Source: the human T2T-CHM13v2.0 reference genome, Homo sapiens. From it: a stretch of DNA of 64,000 nucleotides. Below, piece by piece: positions 57,526 through 64,000 of this stretch. Below the pieces are notes generated by a model. The model did no database searches. It had not been told where the DNA came from and saw only the letters and a program-made list of their open reading frames with translations. Both the position numbers and the translations under genes were made by a program. Location: NCBI RefSeq assembly GCF_009914755.1, contig NC_060930.1. The stretch is one strand, 5' to 3'. How positions within the stretch are numbered: position 1 is the first letter of the stretch; the number at the start of each line of letters is the position of its first letter.

Positions 57526-57743
57526 TATATATATATATATATACACACACACACAAACACACACACACACACACATATACATATATACATATATAACAGT
57601 GTGTGTATATATGTGTATATATGTATATGTATGTGTATATATATGTGTGTGTATATATATACACACATATATGTGTATACGTATGTGTGTATATATATAC
57701 ACACATATATGTGTATATATATATGTGTGTATATATATACACA
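57526..57743. repeat. Compound (TA)n/(CA)n/(TG)n alternating purine-pyrimidine microsatellite
   Basis: Read directly from sequence. Confidence 0.95.
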
Positions 57744-57843
57744 GAAACACATTGTTATCCTAACAATAAATTATGAAAAAGATTCCTGCAAGTTAGCCAA
57801 AATCACAATACCATCTATTGAAGTTATGATTCTACTCACATAC

Positions 57844-57939
57844 CTCGAAATACGCTGTGTTCTCCTTTATGTGCTGCTCCACACACTGGCAGAGCTGTAA
57901 GATCCAGCTCCACTGCGTCTGCATTGCCGCTCTGTAGGC
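57844..57939 (-). CDS. DST: DST plakin-domain exon ([12 protein letters not shown]...TAYFE)
   Basis: AAG| acceptor, |GTATGT donor, 96 nt. Confidence 0.95.
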
Positions 57940-58079
57940 CTTAAAGATAAAACAGAGCCATCATAACTGACTGGGGAGAAATAAGGCACACATACCTTTT
58001 GATATCGATGCTTCTAAATGCTAACTCTACTATCTAAATAGATGACCAATTGTTTTGGCAGAATAAGACTTGGAAATTA

Positions 58080-58412
<333 letters not shown>

Positions 58413-60545
58413 ATCAGGGCAGTAAAATTTTCCTCTTATCTAAGACTTCTCACTTGTACAAAGTCAGTCCTAAAGTTTAAATATAAATTCTTAAACCACT
58501 CCAGTTGATTTCTTTTCAATTTTAAACTTCTTGAAATTTCTTATTAAAATATAAGAAAAAAATTATCTCTGGCTACGGGAAAAAATATTTAAAAACTAAA
58601 ATAAATGCAAGCTATCCCTCCTGTTTACAAAACCAACACTTGACTCCTTTGCCACCAACTCTTACATCTGCTTTGTGGAATCCTCCGATATGTTTTCTTT
58701 CGTGGCACATTCATCTCTCCTTTCTCTGAATTTTTACGGTGCTAGATCATAAAATATACCTTCTAACACAGAAATATATGGTTATGTCGGTTTCTCTTTG
58801 TTTTTGCTGGGATGAGGTTTGGGGAGGGTGGAAAAGAAAATGTGTGTACTCCCAAATTGGTGTAATTCTGGAATTATAATGATGATAATACTAGGAATTT
58901 TTATTTTAAAAATGTGTTTCTTGAACTTCTAATTTAATAGAGAGTGTATCTTTCATGAGGGTAAACAATATTGTACAAAGGATACCTCCTTCCTCAAGGA
59001 AACATGAAATACTCTTTTCTATTTAAGGTGCAATTCATTGATTTCCAGAAGAGGGCACTCGAGATGCTTTAATGACTATTTTAAGTAAGCCTGTCATTTT
59101 CCCTCCTTTTGGAAAAGTTCATTCCTGCTGAGCTATACTTAGGCAGGACTTCCGAATGGAATGTATGATGCAGCATTGAATATCTGGCAACATATCATGA
59201 TCATATTCTACCTCAAATTAAGCTACTTTCAGTAAATTGGCTATAAAAGATGTATCATATTTTTTTCATATAAAATATGAAACAGTATTGATAATTAACT
59301 AAATATTATCCATGTACCCAAACAAGACACAGGACAGGCCGATGGGATCATAAAGATGACTAAGGTTTCATTTTACTTCTTAAGAAATTTTTTATTAATT
59401 AAATTATAATTTTTACATAAAAGTGATCAGAGTGACATTCACATGTTCCATTCCCATCAAAATTCTTGGCCCATAATAGTATTTCCTAACAGTTTTCATC
59501 TCTCCACCCTAAGAAATACTCTTTTTAGTGTATTAGTGTACAAAACCACATCCCAGGCCCTCCATTACTCTCCTTTCCCTAAAGATTCCCTACTCTTCTA
59601 CGTTTTTAACATTCATATGTGACATTTCATGTAGACACAAAACCGTATTTTATATAAAAGATCATACATAACATCCCTAAAACTTCCTGATGAGCCTAGA
59701 ATTGTACTAATCTTTTGAGTTATTATGATTTCAGTGAATCTATCAGATTCCTTTCCTCAATTGTGAGTTTGAAGCATGACAACTTTCAGGACCAGCATCA
59801 TTTTTTTTCCTCTGGCAAAATATCACATCTGACTGCCCATGTGTGACAATCCCTACTTTCTTACATAATCCCCCTATTCTCCATTCAGAAAGTCACTAAC
59901 TCTGTCTAATATACAATTTAAAACATTGTCCCAACTGCATAGGCAACCTGATAAATCCCATCTCAATTTTCCACTTCTGAATTTGAAATGTTCACTGCAC
60001 ATTATAAAGCCTTGTCAGGATGCTGTCCCAATACACCTCACAAAACCAGAGCATAAATAAAAGTATTAAATTGAATCATAACAGCTGGTATTTTTTTGAG
60101 AACAAATAATGTACCAAAAACTATACTAAGCAGTAAGAGTAAATTATTTCCTTCTTATTCTCATCACAACTCTATGGATTAGAGGTAATCTCTCCCATTC
60201 TTGGTAGGAAAATGAGGCTTGGCAATACTATGTCACTTGTGCAATGTTACACAATCAGAAATAAATAATATGGCAATGCTTACACAGAGAAGGTACTTCA
60301 TATTTACAGCAATACATCTTCTCAGCCACAGAGGCTGACAAGGGTACTTTTATTCTAAGTGATGGGTGACATACTTAGAGCCAGAGAACTGAAGGCAATC
60401 AGTACAATTTGTCAGAAACATTTCTGAGCCAGGTTTTAATAAAAGTTAGATGGCTTGTAATTTTCAACTTCTCAGCAATAAAAGAATCTGAAGGGAAATA
60501 ATCATATCAATATTCAACCAACACCATTACACTTTCCAGCTTTAC

Positions 60546-60650
60546 CTCAATAGTTAACCGGGCTGGATGATTTTCTAGAAGTAGCTGCTCTGCTATCTCC
60601 TGAACTGATTTAATATTTTCTTCCTTTTGATCAAGTTCTCTCATTAATTC
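60546..60650 (-). CDS. DST: DST plakin-domain exon ([10 protein letters not shown]...ARLTIE)
   Basis: AAG| acceptor, |GTAAAG donor, 105 nt. Confidence 0.94.
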
Positions 60651-60736
60651 CTTCAAGAAATAATTAAGAAGTGTGTTAGAAAAATATATAAACCTAAAAT
60701 GCAACCCTAGTATGCAAGTACAAAGGGTGTACTTAC

Positions 60737-60898
60737 AGCATGATAATCTTTTTTCCTAGCTATGTTGGTGTTTCTCTCACTCCAGTCATAAGCAACTTCC
60801 TCCTCTTCTTTTTCATTCAACCAAATAAGTTCATTAGTCGCACGACTTACAAAATTATGGAGTGTATCAAGGTGCCGTTCTTGATTCCTGGATGTATT
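60737..60898 (-). CDS. DST: DST plakin-domain exon ([10 protein letters not shown]...KKDYHA)
   Basis: AAG| acceptor, |GTAAGT donor, 162 nt, typical plakin [15 protein letters not shown] motif. Confidence 0.94.
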
Positions 60899-60982
60899 CT
60901 TTAGTAAGGAAAATCATCATAAGAATCATGTTTTTGCCAAATATAGATAAGGGAAACAGAAGGTTTAAAAAAAAAAACTTAC

Positions 60983-61060
60983 CAAGAGTTTTGCATACTG
61001 ACTCTCTAATCTGTGCAACTTTTCTGCATAAGTCAGTTTAAGAGGTGCTGTCATTTGAAT
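60983..61060 (-). CDS. DST: DST plakin-domain exon (IQMTAPLK...YAKLL)
   Basis: TAG| acceptor, |GTAAGT donor, 78 nt; below ORF-track cutoff, read manually. Confidence 0.93.
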
Positions 61061-61215
61061 CTATAACATGAGATTAAAAAGACACTCCAGTCAGGAATCT
61101 GAAGGAATTCTGACTCACACTTAATGTATCTATTATTGATTTACAGGGTCTTCATGTAAAAAGCAAAACAAGAGTAAACTAAAATGAAATATATACAAAT
61201 TTTAAATTCACATAC

Positions 61216-61344
61216 CTCACTGATTTTAGCTTCTTTGAGACTAGATTCAAATTCTTCAATAGCTCTATGAACATTTTTATGATTTTCTAAATGGCTTTCA
61301 ACACTTGGCAAATCTGAGCCCCACTCAGTGCGGTCCAGTTGTAC
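61216..61344 (-). CDS. DST: DST plakin-domain exon ([12 protein letters not shown]...AKISE)
   Basis: AAG| acceptor, |GTATG donor, 129 nt. Confidence 0.93.
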
Positions 61345-61429
61345 CTTCAGACAGTAAAATACTAAGTTTAAAAAAGAAATTGATAACAATAAAGACTGAA
61401 ACACTCAGGTAAAGTAAACATTTTTTTAC

Positions 61430-61892
61430 CTGCATCTCATCAACCCAATTCAAAAGATCCTGAACAAATTTCATATTGATTTCTTCTTCTGTTAAATTTT
61501 GATCCAGCAAAGAAGACTTTAGAAGGGGTTTTCGGATCTGCATCAACTTCAAAGTTTGCAATGAATTTGGCTCTACTCCTGAACTGAAATTTGGAACTAA
61601 TCCTGATGGGAAACCAGGTGTATAAGCTGGAGTGACAGATGGAGTCAGGCGGGAAGTCATCCCTGATGACAGGCCAGAAGTCATACTAGAAGAGGTTAGG
61701 GAAGGTGTTAAACTCTGGGTCAGCCCTGAGGTCAGACTAGGGTGTAAGGTCTGTGCAAATCCTGAGTTTAAACTTTGAGTGATTCCTGATATCATGAGCT
61801 TTGTCTGTTCTGTTGTCAGTATGCGTCCTTTGCTGTACACAGAAGAACATTCGTTCCTTAAGGCCATAATTTCGTCACGCAGTTTTGCAACC
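61430..61892 (-). CDS. DST: DST plakin-domain exon with Ser/Thr-rich linker (VAKLRDE...VDEMQ)
   Basis: TTTCAG| acceptor, |GTAAAA donor, 463 nt. Confidence 0.95.
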
Positions 61893-61934
61893 CTGAAAAG
61901 AAAATCCAAAGGGATAAGGTGAAATATAAAGGCA

Positions 61935-62135
61935 CTTGTAACAAAGAGTGAACTCTAATGTTAATTATAGGTTTTAGTTAATAATGATGTATCAATGTTG
62001 GCTTATCAGTTTTAGCAAATGTGCCACACTAATGCAAGATGTAAATAACAGGGGAAGAGGGAGGTATAAGGGAGCATATGGGAACTCTGTATTTTTCACT
62101 CAATTTTTCAGTATGCCTAAACGGCTCAAAAATAC
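61935..62135 (+). mobile_element. Old L1M (MC/MD-like) 3' fragment
   Basis: GTGAACTCTAATGT...AAATGTGCCACACTAATGCAAGATG...ATATGGGAACTCTGTA motifs. Confidence 0.6.
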
Positions 62136-62398
62136 AAACAAGCAAAATGAGGAGGCAATTGAAATCACATTGCTAAAATTTTGCATCATGATTTTTTTCA
62201 ATGAGCATTGTACTATGAGGACTTTCAATCTTATTTGTCTTTATAACTATGATTTATAATGAATACAATTACTATAGCATAATATGATCATTTTTACATT
62301 TATGTATATATTTTTCATATTTAGAATTACTATAGATTCCTAAAGGTGAAATTACTGAGTCAAAGGATCATTTAAAATTTTTGCATTTACATATTTAT

Positions 62399-62402
<4 letters not shown>

Positions 62403-62436
<34 letters not shown>
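62403..62436. repeat. (AG)n microsatellite
   Basis: About 17 AG units. Confidence 0.95.
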
Positions 62437-62438
<2 letters not shown>

Positions 62439-62563
62439 TATAGCCTGAAATATTCCATACTTACCCCCATACACACACTTCTCAGTGATAAAGGTTTTTA
62501 TACACGTATTTTCTTTCAAGATTTTGTTATGAACATTTTCATAATAGGATAAACAGAAAACTA

Positions 62564-62936
<373 letters not shown>

Positions 62937-63233
62937 TTAAATGTATGTAAATGTATGCATGTAACTTACATCTATATCTAGGGTATTCATTTTAACGAGT
63001 TAGTTACTGCAGCAGTATTATACGCACCATAAAATATTTTTTCTATTGCTAATCTTTAAAAGACAAGTACCTACTTAAACACCAAAATATATAAAAATGT
63101 GACACACATTTTCAACTAAAAAACAGCAAAGAAATATATTTCATAAAATTTTCATACTCTACATTCCTATTTCAAATGCCCATGAAACAGTTACACAAAA
63201 AAAGGACAGAGAAAGAATAAGTAGCACTCTTAC

Positions 63234-63388
63234 CTCTGTACCAATTGATCTGCCTGGTAGTATTTTCCATCAATAAGAATCTGTACATCAATTACATGCT
63301 GGCGTAAAAGGTTCTCACATTCAAGTATATACCCAGCAATTTCTGCTTCATTCTGAAACTGCACTCCTGATTCTAATCTTTTAGAATC
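63234..63388 (-). CDS. DST: DST plakin-domain exon (DSKRLESG...DQLVQR)
   Basis: ACAG| acceptor, |GTAAG donor, 155 nt. Confidence 0.95.
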
Positions 63389-63696
63389 CTGTATTTTAAA
63401 AGAACTCAGTATTAATTCTGTGAAACAAGTTTCAAAACAACCTGAAATATAAAACATCAAATATTGGAACAGAAGCCTACTTGGGCTTTCTTTAGTTTTC
63501 CTTGTTGGTTCAAAAATATGTTTTCCCTCTTCTTGTCTCTCAAGAGAGCAAACACCAATCATAATCTTTAACAAACTTTAAGTTTCAGTGGAGAGTATTA
63601 CGAAGAATCAACCAAACATTATGTAAAAGTTTTAGTTCATCCAAACGCACAGTGACTCCTCTACCACAACCCCAATGGCTCCTAAAATTAACTTAC

Positions 63697-63790
63697 AGAC
63701 TGAAGAGCATTTCCAGCAAGAATCAGTTTGTCTTCACAGATGACACTGTCCCTCTGAACTCTGTTGGCAATCTGTTGCAACATTTCTAAC
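63697..63790 (-). CDS. DST: DST plakin-domain exon (LEMLQQ...NALQS)
   Basis: TTTTAG| acceptor, |GTAAGT donor, 94 nt, in frame. Confidence 0.95.
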
Positions 63791-63908
63791 CTAAAAGATG
63801 AGACAAAATAAAATAAAGCTTCTCCCTTTGAAGTCAAAGAGCTCACCATTCCTGAAAAGTGCTGCCCATCAAAAAGTAAAACACAATCCCACACCAATGA
63901 TTCAATAC

Positions 63909-64000
63909 CTGTGTCCATCAAAGGATTCACTGCCGAAGCTAATGCAAGAGTTGATCAGTGTTGGACCACAATGAACCAAGAGAAGATTTTCATTTGAATC
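63909..64000 (-). CDS. DST: BPAG1e (BP230)-specific first exon, 3' part ([31 protein letters not shown])
   Basis: Open frame ending in phase 2 at donor AG|GTATTG. A 118-nt intron joins it in frame to the next exon. Peptide matches my recall of the BPAG1e N-terminus. Confidence 0.9.

Noticed and set aside
57469-57900. Y/I/H/T/V/C-rich ORFs
   Set aside because: Translations of the dinucleotide microsatellite

Overview
Human (primate) genomic DNA lying entirely inside the dystonin/BPAG1 gene (DST) on the minus strand. I traced 38 coding exons by hand from splice sites and reading phase. From high to low coordinate they are: (1) the 3' part of the epithelial BPAG1e/BP230 first exon and 21 plakin-domain exons (64000-45817); (2) the BPAG1e rod exon (2730 nt) and its terminal plakin-repeat exon with 3'UTR and poly(A) signals; (3) three shared linker exons; (4) a five-exon, 6258-nt muscle-type (DST-b) cassette with a 5508-nt giant exon and a GC-AG intron; (5) six spectrin-repeat exons down to position 90. 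The part of BPAG1e in the window joins in frame to 2624 codons plus stop. The introns carry a dead 5'-inverted L1PA3-like LINE-1 inserted into an MST LTR, 13 Alu elements or fragments (including an AluYa5 nested in an AluSp), Tigger3/MER3 DNA transposons, L2/MIR/L1M relics and microsatellites. I found no wholly new system. The best leads concern splicing: a candidate poison exon and RBFOX motif cluster just upstream of the giant muscle exon, a possible transmembrane-tail terminal exon followed by AATAAA, a UG-repeat-associated cryptic acceptor, and two CTCF-type motifs. All of these need experimental or database checks.
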